From: Methanobacteriota archaeon
GTDB taxonomy: Archaea > Thermoplasmatota > Thermoplasmata > SG8-5 > JAGLSY01
Length of the DNA stretch: 64,000 bases
Direction of reading: 5' to 3'
Assembly: GCA_020697715.1 (NCBI GenBank)
Contig: JAEHCO010000002.1
Location: 64,001 to 128,000, forward strand
Numbering within the stretch: position 1 is the first letter of the stretch; the number at the start of each line of letters is the position of its first letter. The translations under genes and the position numbers were made by a program. The notes below the pieces were generated by a model, which saw nothing but the letters and a program-made list of their open reading frames with translations, made no database searches and was not told the origin of the DNA. Shown here piece after piece: positions 19,256 to 28,942 of this stretch.

Positions 19256-20089
19256 TTAAAACTTCTTGGATATCTCGTCCAAAACCGATTCGAATATAGC
19301 TCTTCCATCTCCAAGCCCTGTAGGGAATGCTCTCGTCCAATCTGGATGCATCTCACGATCCATCACCCTCTCTGGATGTGGCATCATGCCAAACACATTA
19401 CCCTGTGGATTACAGATGCCAGCCACATTCTTTTCGGAGCCATTTGGATTCCAGGGATAACCAGCATAGATCCCGTCTGGATCGACATAGCTGAACACCA
19501 GCATGTCTTTCTCAGCCAGCTTCTTGTAAGCTATATCTACTTCCGCTGAAGGGAAAATGAGCTTTCCTTCAGCGTGAGCGGATGGGCACATGAGGACCTC
19601 ATCCTTCGGTATCTTGGATGTGAACATGCAGTTGCCTTTATTCTCGTGCTTGAGAAGTGTTGGTCGGCATTCGAACCTGGAGGAATCATTGGTGGTCAGG
19701 ACCGCCTTAGGAATATCCGACATGATCTCATCGAAGCCAGGCAGTAGACCAAGTTCGACCAATACCTGAAAACCATTGCATACTCCAAGAACAGCCTTTC
19801 CTTCATTCACAAAGGCTTTTAGATCATCCTTAAGGCCGGCTTTCATACGAGCCGCCCATATCGCGCCAGCGCGGACATAATCACCTGAGGAAAACCCACC
19901 GGGGATCATGAGTATCTGGTAATCGGCCAGACTTCTTTTTTCGGCATCCGTGACATCCTGGCCTAAAAGCTGTTTCAGGTGCACGATCTCGGGCTGTGCG
20001 CCCAGTCTCTTGAATGCCTGGTAAGACTCTTGCTCGCAATTGGTTCCCTCTATCCTGAGAACGCAGACCTTGATATCCTGGATGTTCAT
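19256..20089 (-). CDS. purQ: Phosphoribosylformylglycinamidine synthase, glutaminase subunit
   Basis: GTNCE, PGGFSSGD, GVCNGFQ, AHAEG, NPNGS, MMPHPER; GGAGG SD. Confidence 0.96.
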   Translation of the reverse strand: MNIQDIKVCVLRIEGTNCEQESYQAFKRLGAQPEIVHLKQLLGQDVTDAEKRSLADYQILMIPGGFSSGDYVRAGAIWAARMKAGLKDDLKAFVNEGKAVLGVCNGFQVLVELGLLPGFDEIMSDIPKAVLTTNDSSRFECRPTLLKHENKGNCMFTSKIPKDEVLMCPSAHAEGKLIFPSAEVDIAYKKLAEKDMLVFSYVDPDGIYAGYPWNPNGSEKNVAGICNPQGNVFGMMPHPERVMDREMHPDWTRAFPTGLGDGRAIFESVLDEISKKF

Positions 20090-20164
20090 CTTTGATCCTC
20101 CTATGTCAATGGGCATAGTTCCATAGAATTTATGCTTTATGATTTAACAGAACTTAACAACATA

Positions 20165-20178
20165 CCGAGCGAGCAGGG
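20165..20178 (+). repeat. Intergenic repeat family, half copy D
   Basis: CCGAGCGAGCAGGG, identical to the 5' arm of copy B. Confidence 0.45.
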
Positions 20179-20194
20179 TTGAATACTTTATGAT

Positions 20195-21760
20195 TTATTT
20201 TCGCCTTCTTGAAAATGTGATCAAAGTAAAAGCTATGATAGTGGCAACTAATATTGTCATTAATTCGAAGCCAGGGGCTTCTTCACTGCTTTCATCATCA
20301 TTATCACCTTCATCATCTGCCACATCATCGTCGTCATCATCGGCCGGGAAATCATCCGGATCTGTTGGGTCCGTATTTGCTTCAAATTCTTCAAGATTAT
20401 CAAAGGTGTCATTATCAAAATCATCACTGCCAGTCTGAGATGTATCATCGAAATACTCCTCTTCCCAGGCATCATCCATATCGTCATCGTCTACATCATC
20501 GAAATCATCAGTGGTATCATCAACGGTATCGTCTGTGGTATCATCCGTTGTGGATATTCGAACGACCATGGAGGTGTTGAAGAACCCTACGATTTGAGTA
20601 TCATCAGTCTCTGCCTTATAGTGCACATAGGCCATCATGGATACTTGGTTTTCTGATGGGGACTCAGAACATTCAATGGTAACTAATAGATGTGTCTCAA
20701 CATCCTCGGAAAAAGAGACATAGACTGGTCGTTCAAGAGTCTCCACATCGTTCTTGAATATTTTGATCAAGGTGAGATCAGTGGTGCTTACGGATAGGTG
20801 GCTGTCATTGGTTCCAGTTACATAAAGGTCAAGATCCACTTCATCATTGTGTTCTGCCATGACCATGCTCTTGTACTGAACTACAAGGCCATCCATTTGG
20901 AATATTTCAAAGTCTGGTCTTGCAACCTTTAGTATGATATTGAATGATGCCGTAGGCGACAGGATATATGCCGTGGTTTCAGGTGTCACCAGCATATTCG
21001 GCTCTCCAGTTATTATGCCCTTAATAGTGAATTCTCTCGGGCTCCAAGCCTGTGCCTGTAGGTCTATGTAATGCCTGCTCTGTTCACCCAAATGGCGTAT
21101 GCCAGTTGAGTTACTTGTTGAAAGCAAGTTATCATAGATATCATATGTGAACTCGAATTCCATTGGTATATTCCCTGTATTGGAAGTCGTGAAATATGAT
21201 GATCCACTGGAATCTGCTGGATCGTAAGTGCTCAAAGAAATCGATTGGTAAGGCTCAATATCGAAATAGAAAGACGGCCCGGAGAATGATATACCGGCCC
21301 GTGGCATTTCTACCAGAACGATGCTCGAATGCTCCTCGACCCCATTTGAGAATATCTCCAATGTCCAGCTCCCCTCGACAGCGGTCGCGTGAAGGCCTAT
21401 GTAGAATGAATAGAGGGAGCCCAATAGCGCGCAGTTGGTTGGGGAGATATAGTCTGAATACTCCAGATCCTCCCAGGTCGAGCCATCATAATGGAATTGG
21501 TAGAAGTTGGTCTCATTCTTCACGGTCGGCAGAGCACTGCCCTCATAGAGGAACACCGTAACATTATTTGATGTGCTGGGCAATGAGAAGTCAAGGTTAT
21601 GCCATATCCCTGCCACGATGATCGGATACCCACCTGAAAATCTTGGATCCTCACCTGCAAGTGATATCTCAAAATTGTCTATCGCTCCATGGGCTGGCTT
21701 GACTGGCAGTCCACCAATTATCATCATGGCCAGTATAATTACAATGATCGTCTTCCTCAT
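20195..21760 (-). CDS. Surface glycoprotein with an acidic Ca-binding-like segment and a PGF-CTERM-like sorting signal
   Basis: Signal peptide; DDMDDAWEE...DNLEEF..TDPTDP; C-terminal APGF + TM + RRRK. Confidence 0.85.
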   Translation of the reverse strand: MRKTIIVIILAMMIIGGLPVKPAHGAIDNFEISLAGEDPRFSGGYPIIVAGIWHNLDFSLPSTSNNVTVFLYEGSALPTVKNETNFYQFHYDGSTWEDLEYSDYISPTNCALLGSLYSFYIGLHATAVEGSWTLEIFSNGVEEHSSIVLVEMPRAGISFSGPSFYFDIEPYQSISLSTYDPADSSGSSYFTTSNTGNIPMEFEFTYDIYDNLLSTSNSTGIRHLGEQSRHYIDLQAQAWSPREFTIKGIITGEPNMLVTPETTAYILSPTASFNIILKVARPDFEIFQMDGLVVQYKSMVMAEHNDEVDLDLYVTGTNDSHLSVSTTDLTLIKIFKNDVETLERPVYVSFSEDVETHLLVTIECSESPSENQVSMMAYVHYKAETDDTQIVGFFNTSMVVRISTTDDTTDDTVDDTTDDFDDVDDDDMDDAWEEEYFDDTSQTGSDDFDNDTFDNLEEFEANTDPTDPDDFPADDDDDDVADDEGDNDDESSEEAPGFELMTILVATIIAFTLITFSRRRK

Positions 21761-21820
21761 ATCTTCCACCTCAGATACCTTATACTATTTTGATTAATAT
21801 TACTTGAGGTCATATTCTGT

Positions 21821-21860
21821 TTGTATAATATTGTCTGATATTGTCTAATATTATCTAATT
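21821..21860. repeat. Four 10-bp phased direct repeats
   Basis: TTGTATAATA / TTGTCTGATA / TTGTCTAATA / TTATCTAATT. Confidence 0.7.
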
Positions 21861-21864
21861 GTCA

Positions 21865-22620
21865 TTACTTATCTTCAGATCTAGATCCCGAATTATCCGC
21901 GGCTATCTGAAGGAAATTCTCCAGGTGGCTTGCCAGATATGCATTGTCCGTGAAGCCGCAGGTCTCCAGGTCTGGTGAGGCTATGAGCGCGCTATGGCTG
22001 TCAATTATGATGTCAGTGGCTATCAATCCATTCTTCCGTGTAACATTAACGCCGGGAAACACCTTCTGGCCATGAGGTGTGAGTATGGTGATCTCCACGC
22101 CTCGCTTCAGTGCGGATGCCACTTTTTTATCCAGTTTCTGCCTGAACTCCGACATGTTCGGGGTGGACATCATGAACGTTTCAGTGGCTTTATCCAGCAT
22201 CTCACTGATCCTGTCTACGACCTTTGCCTTTCCAGTTATTGTGTAAATGAGCTGGGGCATGCCCTGCTCTTTCAGGATCTCTCGTATGGACTCCAGCTTG
22301 CTAAAGGTGTCCTCGAGGCGGGTGATTATCTGCCCGCCTATCTTCCTCGGTTCTTCTGGCCGATATAATCGAGGTCTGCCTTCACCTGCATGGGCAAAGC
22401 CCTTATCTTCAAGAGTGTCGAGAACTTTATAAGCCGAAGTTCTCGGTATCTGTGCGGTTGTCGCGATGGTGTCCGCATCCGAAACTCCATGTGCGACCAA
22501 TGCGATATATGCTCGGGCTTCATAATCTGACAGACCCAGCAATGCCAGATCTGTAGATATCAGCCTGTACTCCTCCATGAGGGTTTCATTGCTCTGGCTT
22601 ATTATATCCACGATATCCAT
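21865..22620 (-). CDS. TrmB family transcriptional regulator
   Basis: GLSDYEARAYIAL, IPRTSAYKVL..L..KG, GRPRLY; C-terminal PLD-like effector domain. Confidence 0.92.
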   Translation of the reverse strand: MDIVDIISQSNETLMEEYRLISTDLALLGLSDYEARAYIALVAHGVSDADTIATTAQIPRTSAYKVLDTLEDKGFAHAGEGRPRLYRPEEPRKIGGQIITRLEDTFSKLESIREILKEQGMPQLIYTITGKAKVVDRISEMLDKATETFMMSTPNMSEFRQKLDKKVASALKRGVEITILTPHGQKVFPGVNVTRKNGLIATDIIIDSHSALIASPDLETCGFTDNAYLASHLENFLQIAADNSGSRSEDK

Positions 22621-22692
22621 AATATTACCTTTGTCGCAGTTATCGCTACAAAACACTTAAGTCTTTTCCTCATATATATGTTATTGATTCTT

Positions 22693-24243
22693 ATGATTAT
22701 AAAAGAGAGTACTTTGAAGACAGGATTGCCTAAGAAGACACCCTCACTTTGTCCGGAATGCAAGAAGGTCATTACGGCAGATATCTTTGAGAGGGATGGG
22801 AAAGTTATGATATCCAAGACATGCGAGGAGCATGGTTTTTACGAGGATATCTATTGGTCAGATGTTGAGCTTTACAATAAGGCTCAAACCTGGGCCTATG
22901 ATGGTATCGGTGTGGAGAATCCCGCCTTACCAGTCAAGGATGGATGTCCCTTTGACTGCGGCCTTTGCCCCACGCATACCAGCCACACATCTCTGGCCAA
23001 TCTCGATCTTACAAATAGATGCAATTTGAAATGCCCGATATGTTTTGCGAACGCTAATGATGCGGGCTATGTCTATGAGCCGACCTTCGATGAGGTAGTT
23101 TCCATGATGGAGACCCTCAGAGCGGAGAAGCCAGTGCCTTGTAATGCCATTCAGTTCGCTGGTGGAGAGCCAACCATATACCCCCAGCTCTTCGAGGTCA
23201 TATCGAAGGCAAGGGACCTGGGTTTCGCCCAGATACAGATAGCCACCAATGGTCTGAAGATGGCAAGAGAGCCAGGCTTCACAAAGAAGATGCAGGATGC
23301 TGGCATGCATACGATCTATCTCCAATTCGATGGTCTTCGCGAGGAGAACTACATCGCTGCGAGGGGTGTGCCTCTTCTCAAGGACAAGCTGGCTGCCATA
23401 GAGAGCTGCAGGATCGGCGACGAGAACATGTCCATTGTTCTTGTTCCAACGATAATCAATGGAATTAACGATGATCAGGTTGGCGAGATCGTCAAGTTTG
23501 CCATCGAGAACCGTGATGTCGTTAGATCGGTCAATTTCCAACCAGTGGCTTTCACAGGTCGTATCGATCAGGATGAGAGGCTTGCAGGTAGATTCACACT
23601 TCCCGACCTGGTTGACAGGATGGGAGCACAGACTGGCATAACCAATAAGGACGATTGGTTTCCAGTTCCTGTTGTTACTCCAATATCTGAATTAATGTCC
23701 GTCCTGGCCGGAGAGCCAAAGGTAGCCTTCACTCCACATCCAAACTGTGGACTGGCCACTTATATCTTTATAGATAAGGAGGGTAACTCAACACCTATCA
23801 CCCGCTTTGTGGATGTCGAAGGTCTGATGAGGGAGATATATGATCTATCTCAGAAGAGCCAGGGAAAGAAGATGATGCTTCCTGTGAAGCTGAAGGCATT
23901 TGACATAATCAAGAAGCATTTCCATGTAGAGAAAGCACCAGAGGGACTCAATGTCACGAAGTTCCTCAAGCTATTGCAGGCGGCCATGTCAACAGATTCG
24001 AAAGAAACACTGGCTGACTTCGCCTGGGACATGATGATGATCGGTGGAATGCATTTCCAGGATGATTACAATTATGATATCGAAAGGGTGAAGAGATGTG
24101 TAATTCACTATGTCACACCAGATAATCTCATCATACCATTCTGCGCCTATAATGGCGGGCCAACCTACAGGACTGAAGTTGAAAAGAAACACTCCATACC
24201 AAACGACGAATGGAGGGCCAGACACGGCGGTGAAGGATTATGA
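22693..24243 (+). CDS. tes: Tetraether synthase / GDGT-MAS (MJ0619-type radical SAM)
   Basis: SLCPEC..KTCEEHG, CPFDCGLC..H, TNRCNLKCPICF, FQPVAFTGR, MHFQD.YN, RCVIHY...PFCAYN. Confidence 0.9.
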   Translation: MIIKESTLKTGLPKKTPSLCPECKKVITADIFERDGKVMISKTCEEHGFYEDIYWSDVELYNKAQTWAYDGIGVENPALPVKDGCPFDCGLCPTHTSHTSLANLDLTNRCNLKCPICFANANDAGYVYEPTFDEVVSMMETLRAEKPVPCNAIQFAGGEPTIYPQLFEVISKARDLGFAQIQIATNGLKMAREPGFTKKMQDAGMHTIYLQFDGLREENYIAARGVPLLKDKLAAIESCRIGDENMSIVLVPTIINGINDDQVGEIVKFAIENRDVVRSVNFQPVAFTGRIDQDERLAGRFTLPDLVDRMGAQTGITNKDDWFPVPVVTPISELMSVLAGEPKVAFTPHPNCGLATYIFIDKEGNSTPITRFVDVEGLMREIYDLSQKSQGKKMMLPVKLKAFDIIKKHFHVEKAPEGLNVTKFLKLLQAAMSTDSKETLADFAWDMMMIGGMHFQDDYNYDIERVKRCVIHYVTPDNLIIPFCAYNGGPTYRTEVEKKHSIPNDEWRARHGGEGL

Positions 24244-24410
24244 TCGTGGTAGATCCACGACTATGTCTGCATTGTGCGCAATGTGTTGGAACATGCCCTC
24301 ATATGGCACTCGAATTGAATGACATGCACATTGAAGTGAATGAGAACTGCAAGTCCTGCAAATGGTGTGTTATCTCTTGCCCTGTTGGCGCACTCACACT
24401 GGAGGCCTGA
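24240..24410 (+). CDS. 2[4Fe-4S] ferredoxin (56 aa, not in the ORF track)
   Basis: MIVVDPRLCLHCAQCVGTCP...CKSCKWCVISCPVGAL; ATGA overlap with the tes stop. Confidence 0.92.
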   Translation: MIVVDPRLCLHCAQCVGTCPHMALELNDMHIEVNENCKSCKWCVISCPVGALTLEA

Positions 24411-24412
24411 AT

Positions 24413-25606
24413 ATGGAAGCTGAATACGATGCGATAATTGTTGGAGCCGGCCCCGCTGGCTCCCACACAGCGAGGTTCGCGGCCGAGGGTGGAGCCAAGG
24501 TACTTATTATCGAAAAAAGGCAGGAAGTTGGCAGTCCGGTAAGGTGTGCTGAAGGAGCTGCAAGGCGGTCCCTTCAGGAAGCCGAGGTCATCATAAATCC
24601 AAAATGGGTGTCTGGTGAAATGGACGGAGCCATGATCATCGCCCCGAATGGGAATTACCTGGAAGTGGACGAATCCAATGCAGGTGATGAGGTCGGCTAT
24701 GTTATCGAAAGGGATCTTTTCGATCAGGACCTGGCAAAGGTCGCTGTGCAGAGAGGAGCGGAACTTGTTCTGAAATGCGCATGCACTGGCCTTTTGAAGG
24801 ATGAGAATGGAAAGATATGTGGTGTCAAGGTCAATCACATGGGCGAGGAGAAGGAAATAAGATCCAAGCTCGTCATAGGAGCGGACGGCCATGAGTCCCT
24901 TGTTGGACGATGGGCTGGCCTCTCCCCGAAGCTCGAAAAGAATGACATCATAAGTGGATTGCAATACCGCATGACGAACTTGGATATCAATCACAAGTTC
25001 GTTCAGTTCTTCCTGACAAAGGAATTCGCGCCAGGCGGATATATCTGGATATTCCCCAAAGACGAGACAACGGCCAATGTGGGAATTGGAATAATTCTAA
25101 GCGAGATCAAGCACAAAGGTCATTTGAAAGAATTACTGGATGGCTGGATCGCAGCCAATCCAAAGATCGCACAGGGCAAGATAATCGATATTGTCGCAGG
25201 TGGAATACCTGTTGGATTGCCACTGGATGCCAATGTCATGGACGGGCTCATGCTCGTGGGTGATGCGGGCAGACAGACCGACCCCATTACCGGTGGAGGT
25301 ATCGGTAATGGTTGCAAAGCTGGCCGCCAATGTGGATTGACCATCGCGGCAGCAGTGAAGGCCAATGATTTCAGTGCCGAGTTCCTTCAGATGTACGAGA
25401 AGGGATGGCGCGATCTGCTGGAAGAAAGGCTTTACCGCAACTGGATGGCGAAAGAGGCTTGTATCGCACTGGATGATGATGTGTTCAATAAGATCGTGAC
25501 CACATTGTCCGAGGTCGGCATCGATGAAGTGAATGTCTTTAATTTACTGAAAGTTATAAACGAAAAACATCCGGAACTTGTCGAGGCTTTCAGCGACCTG
25601 ATATAA
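24413..25606 (+). CDS. Digeranylgeranylglycerophospholipid reductase (GGR)
   Basis: GAGPAG, PVRCAEG, APGGYIWIFPK, GDAGRQTDPITGGGI. Confidence 0.92.
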   Translation: MEAEYDAIIVGAGPAGSHTARFAAEGGAKVLIIEKRQEVGSPVRCAEGAARRSLQEAEVIINPKWVSGEMDGAMIIAPNGNYLEVDESNAGDEVGYVIERDLFDQDLAKVAVQRGAELVLKCACTGLLKDENGKICGVKVNHMGEEKEIRSKLVIGADGHESLVGRWAGLSPKLEKNDIISGLQYRMTNLDINHKFVQFFLTKEFAPGGYIWIFPKDETTANVGIGIILSEIKHKGHLKELLDGWIAANPKIAQGKIIDIVAGGIPVGLPLDANVMDGLMLVGDAGRQTDPITGGGIGNGCKAGRQCGLTIAAAVKANDFSAEFLQMYEKGWRDLLEERLYRNWMAKEACIALDDDVFNKIVTTLSEVGIDEVNVFNLLKVINEKHPELVEAFSDLI

Positions 25607-25632
25607 CTGAGCGAGAAAGCAGAACAAAAATA

Positions 25633-25680
25633 CCAGCCAGTAAAACAAAACCTGGCTGGCTACTTTTCATTTTCTTTTAT
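25633..25680 (+). terminator. Stem-loop plus T-rich tract after the tes-fdx-ggr operon
   Basis: CCAGCCAG/CTGGCTGG followed by T runs. Confidence 0.55.
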
Positions 25681-25713
25681 TATCTTGGGTTTTCCCAGGA
25701 TAGATTAATTAAG

Positions 25714-26346
25714 ATGATTAATGATATATTTATGGATGGAATGGGGAAGAAAATAATGAAAAATATAAGTTTGAAAGGAAGGAAAGAGAAGCTCAAGAGG
25801 ATGCTCAGCTTGCATCCTGCGGTATGTCCGAAGTGTAATCAAGGTGTACAGGTTGGCTTCGTGTGGGGTCCTTATCTCAAATGGGTATCCAAAAGTCACA
25901 AGAGACCACCAAAAGATCCTCTTTTTTGTCTTATGGATGAATTTTTGCCAGCGTATTTATGTGAGCACTGTGACCTGGTCTTTGGAATTAGCAGACCTTT
26001 AGAGAGGAAACAGATCAAAGTTACTGGCATGGAAGGAAAGCCATTGACTTTCTGCACCTACTGTGGAAATAATAAATTAGAAACCGGTCATATATACTCC
26101 CCTAGGTACATATCCTGGTCTAAAGATAGAGGCCTCCTCGCAGCTCGTGGTAAATTAGTCCATTTGGTAGCCGTCACGGGCTTCCATAATAGAAGGCTGT
26201 CTACCAGAAGATGTCGGAACTGTGGCATGTTTTATTCTAAATTCCACCCCAAGAAGGTTAACAGGTCAAACATAAAATGGCTGATTTTATTGCTGGCTAT
26301 TGTCGCTTACCTTTTATTGGGACTCATCTTTATTTTGATCAAATAG
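25714..26346 (+). CDS. Double zinc-ribbon protein with C-terminal TM (DUF6487-like)
   Basis: CPKC...G...CEHC and CTYC...G...CRNC units; hydrophobic C-terminus. Start uncertain. Confidence 0.65.
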   Translation: MINDIFMDGMGKKIMKNISLKGRKEKLKRMLSLHPAVCPKCNQGVQVGFVWGPYLKWVSKSHKRPPKDPLFCLMDEFLPAYLCEHCDLVFGISRPLERKQIKVTGMEGKPLTFCTYCGNNKLETGHIYSPRYISWSKDRGLLAARGKLVHLVAVTGFHNRRLSTRRCRNCGMFYSKFHPKKVNRSNIKWLILLLAIVAYLLLGLIFILIK

Positions 26347-26369
26347 AACTATTATAGAAAAAATAGAAA

Positions 26370-26399
26370 AATGAAAGTGCTCATCTGAGCACTTTCATT
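26370..26399. terminator. Perfect hairpin between convergent genes
   Basis: AATGAAAGTGCTCA-TC-TGAGCACTTTCATT. Confidence 0.6.
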
Positions 26400-26404
26400 C
26401 GACT

Positions 26405-27076
26405 TTATGGTCTTGGCTCCATGAAGCCCTCACCATTTCCGGGCATTCCTTGGCTATGGTCTCCCATTCCTGGGCCACCCATGCCGGGGCCACCGGGTCT
26501 ACGTCCCATGCCGCCGTCCATTCCTGGCCTTCCGCCTTTCATGTCGCCTGGCTCTCCGAAACCGGGACCTGGCTGTATGCCTTCTTTGTGTCCCATCAGT
26601 CTGGGAGGAAGCACGATGTCATATTCATCCAGTTTTTCCTTGACCAGTTCCCTAAGAGCCTGTATCTCGGTTACCTGGGTCTCGACCTCGCTTCGGATCT
26701 CGTCTCTTGAAAGACCTTCATCTCTAAGCTCGCGGATGGTCTCACGAACTTCTTTTTCCAGTTCGTGTATGGCGTCCATGTTCTCTTCAAGTTCAAGGAT
26801 CTCCTCATCCGTCATGCCGTATTCAACGAGGTTCTCTCTTATCTGTTCCCTTATCATATTGCGGGTCTCATTACGGATCTCGCCCATCTGATCTTGGGTT
26901 ATCAGGTAATTGGCATCCTCGTCAGCTACCTCGTCATAAATAGCATCGAACTCACTCATTGGTTCTTCCAATGCAGGATCTTGCACCATGGCATCATCCT
27001 GTGCCAGCACGACTCCGAAGGCCGCGATCATTATCACGGTAGCCACCAGGCCGGCTATTATCATATTTTTCTTCAT
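26405..27076 (-). CDS. Secreted helical acidic protein with a G/P/M-rich tail
   Basis: Signal peptide, amphipathic E/R helices, PGMGG repeats; GGTGA-N4-ATG. Confidence 0.85.
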   Translation of the reverse strand: MKKNMIIAGLVATVIMIAAFGVVLAQDDAMVQDPALEEPMSEFDAIYDEVADEDANYLITQDQMGEIRNETRNMIREQIRENLVEYGMTDEEILELEENMDAIHELEKEVRETIRELRDEGLSRDEIRSEVETQVTEIQALRELVKEKLDEYDIVLPPRLMGHKEGIQPGPGFGEPGDMKGGRPGMDGGMGRRPGGPGMGGPGMGDHSQGMPGNGEGFMEPRP

Positions 27077-27147
27077 ATTATCACCTTTTCCTGTTGATCC
27101 TGATCAACCAAGTTGACGTCCTATCAACATTATTGCTATTGACGAGA

Positions 27148-27204
27148 TATATAAATATCAATTTTCCAGAATTGATACCTAAAGGATTCCAATTCTGACC
27201 CAAA
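27148..27204 (-). promoter_or_regulatory. Tandem putative operators + TATA for the 27076 gene
   Basis: TTTGGGTCAGAATTGG and TTTAGGTATCAATT, 21 bp apart, then TTTATATA. Confidence 0.5.
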
Positions 27205-27210
27205 TTGTGC

Positions 27211-27714
27211 CTATTTCTGCGAGAGATATAGCAGGGTGAACAAAGCCACGAGGGCGAACATGTCCGGGATCATGGAGAAAAGACCGAAGCTGATGGGCTT
27301 GAGCCCCATCAGTCTTGGGATGATCGGGTTTGCGGTCAGGGCATATACAAAGAATGAAGCCATTACTACCATGAGCCCCAAGGTGAATTGGGACTTTGTC
27401 TGTTTATATATTTTATAATAAATAAAAATGAGCATCAGGGAAATGGTCATGTTGGCGAAGGTGATGGCGGTCTTTAGCTTCAAGTGTCTCTCCAAGAGTT
27501 CTGGATCATCACGTTCCTGGTCAAATCGGTAATCCTTTGGTCTATCCAGGGCTTCATCCTCTGGAGGTGGTAGCTTTATGTCTATAAGCATGCCTGCGAT
27601 TATAATGCTTAGGAGCGAGACTATTACCACTATCAATGCCAGTATCATGAAGTTCTTGTTCAGGCCCTTGCCTTCCCTGCTTTTAGGCTTTTCCTCAATA
27701 TTGTCATCGCTCAT
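27211..27714 (-). CDS. Small membrane protein partnered with the ArsR-like regulator
   Basis: N-terminal TM plus three TM helices with YYKIYKQTKSQFTLGL; starts 1 nt after the regulator stop. Confidence 0.85.
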   Translation of the reverse strand: MSDDNIEEKPKSREGKGLNKNFMILALIVVIVSLLSIIIAGMLIDIKLPPPEDEALDRPKDYRFDQERDDPELLERHLKLKTAITFANMTISLMLIFIYYKIYKQTKSQFTLGLMVVMASFFVYALTANPIIPRLMGLKPISFGLFSMIPDMFALVALFTLLYLSQK

Positions 27715-27715
27715 G

Positions 27716-28036
27716 CTATCTCTCCTTATGTTCTTGCTTATTTAATTGATTTTTACCAATTTTCACCCAAATCTCCTCGAATATCTCATAATCCTCTTCA
27801 AGCAGTTCGGACACAAAATACATACGACCATATTTCTGGCCATGATATGTTATAAGATTGTTCTTCATGAGGACGTCCAGGTGATGCCTGATCGTTTTAT
27901 AATCTAGTTCCAGGCGCTCGGCCAGTTGATTGGCATTGGCTGGTTCGTCATTGAGTGAGTGGATTATCCGGGCTCTATTGACCCCGCCCTCACTACCTGC
28001 TATCAGCCACCATAGCAGCTGTTTTATCGCCCTCAT
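27716..28036 (-). CDS. ArsR-like winged-HTH regulator
   Basis: LLWWLIAGSEGGVNRARII, NANQLA, LDYKTIRHHLDVL, YGRMYF. Confidence 0.92.
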   Translation of the reverse strand: MRAIKQLLWWLIAGSEGGVNRARIIHSLNDEPANANQLAERLELDYKTIRHHLDVLMKNNLITYHGQKYGRMYFVSELLEEDYEIFEEIWVKIGKNQLNKQEHKER

Positions 28037-28163
28037 TGAATTACCGTATCTCGTGGTTGGTATTTTAGATTTGGTGTCATTGCGATTATCATTATCATTA
28101 TAATTAACATGATTACGATCATTATAATTGATATAAATGGGTCATGAAAATATTTGATGATGC

Positions 28164-28844
28164 CTATTCTTCTGAGTCATCAGATATTTCATCTTCTTCT
28201 TCGACCAGATCTTCCTTGTCAAGTCCTTTGTACCCCAGTGCGATAATGTATATCTCCGAGCTGGAGCTTCTTGAGGCAATTGGAGAATGGCGTTTCGCCA
28301 TTCTAAATCTCGTTCTGATCTCCTTGTGGAAGAAATCATGTGTCATGTCTCCATCAAAGACCTTGACAACATAGCCACCACCGGGTCTGAGATATTCCTC
28401 TGCAAAGGATAATGACAGCTCTGCCAGGCCTACAGAAACTGCGTGATCCATGTGATAGTTACCGCTTATCTTCGGGGACATATCCGATATAACGACATTG
28501 ACCTTGATATTCTTCTCTCTTTCTTTCTCCAGTATCTCGTTTATGGCCCTCTTCACGCGTTCGGATTTGGCATTCCCCTTTATGAGATGGACACCTTTTA
28601 TCGGCTCTATTGGCTTCAGATCCACGCCTATGACAAGACCTTCCTCGCCGACAAGTTCCTTTGCCACCTGACACCATCCACCTGGATTGGCCCCCAGATC
28701 GATTATGATATCGCCTTCTTTAATTATGCGATATCTCTCGCACATCTGCTGGAGTTTGAAGGCCGCGCGGCTCCTGAAGTTCTGAGCCTTCGCCTTCTTG
28801 TAGAAGTGGTCCTTTCTTCTATTCGCCTGCCAGTTCTTTGCCAT
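28164..28844 (-). CDS. rlmE: 23S rRNA Um2552 methyltransferase (RlmE/FtsJ)
   Basis: FRSRAAFKL, DLGANPGGW, SDMSP, VKVF, ASRSSSSEIY. Confidence 0.95.
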   Translation of the reverse strand: MAKNWQANRRKDHFYKKAKAQNFRSRAAFKLQQMCERYRIIKEGDIIIDLGANPGGWCQVAKELVGEEGLVIGVDLKPIEPIKGVHLIKGNAKSERVKRAINEILEKEREKNIKVNVVISDMSPKISGNYHMDHAVSVGLAELSLSFAEEYLRPGGGYVVKVFDGDMTHDFFHKEIRTRFRMAKRHSPIASRSSSSEIYIIALGYKGLDKEDLVEEEDEISDDSEE

Positions 28845-28942
28845 ATTCGATTCCTCCATTATATTCTGGAATCTTGAATGCAATCGCTTTGCTCTCGCAT
28901 TCAAAACTTCTCCATTCCGCATCTCTCACTTTGTTCTCGCAA

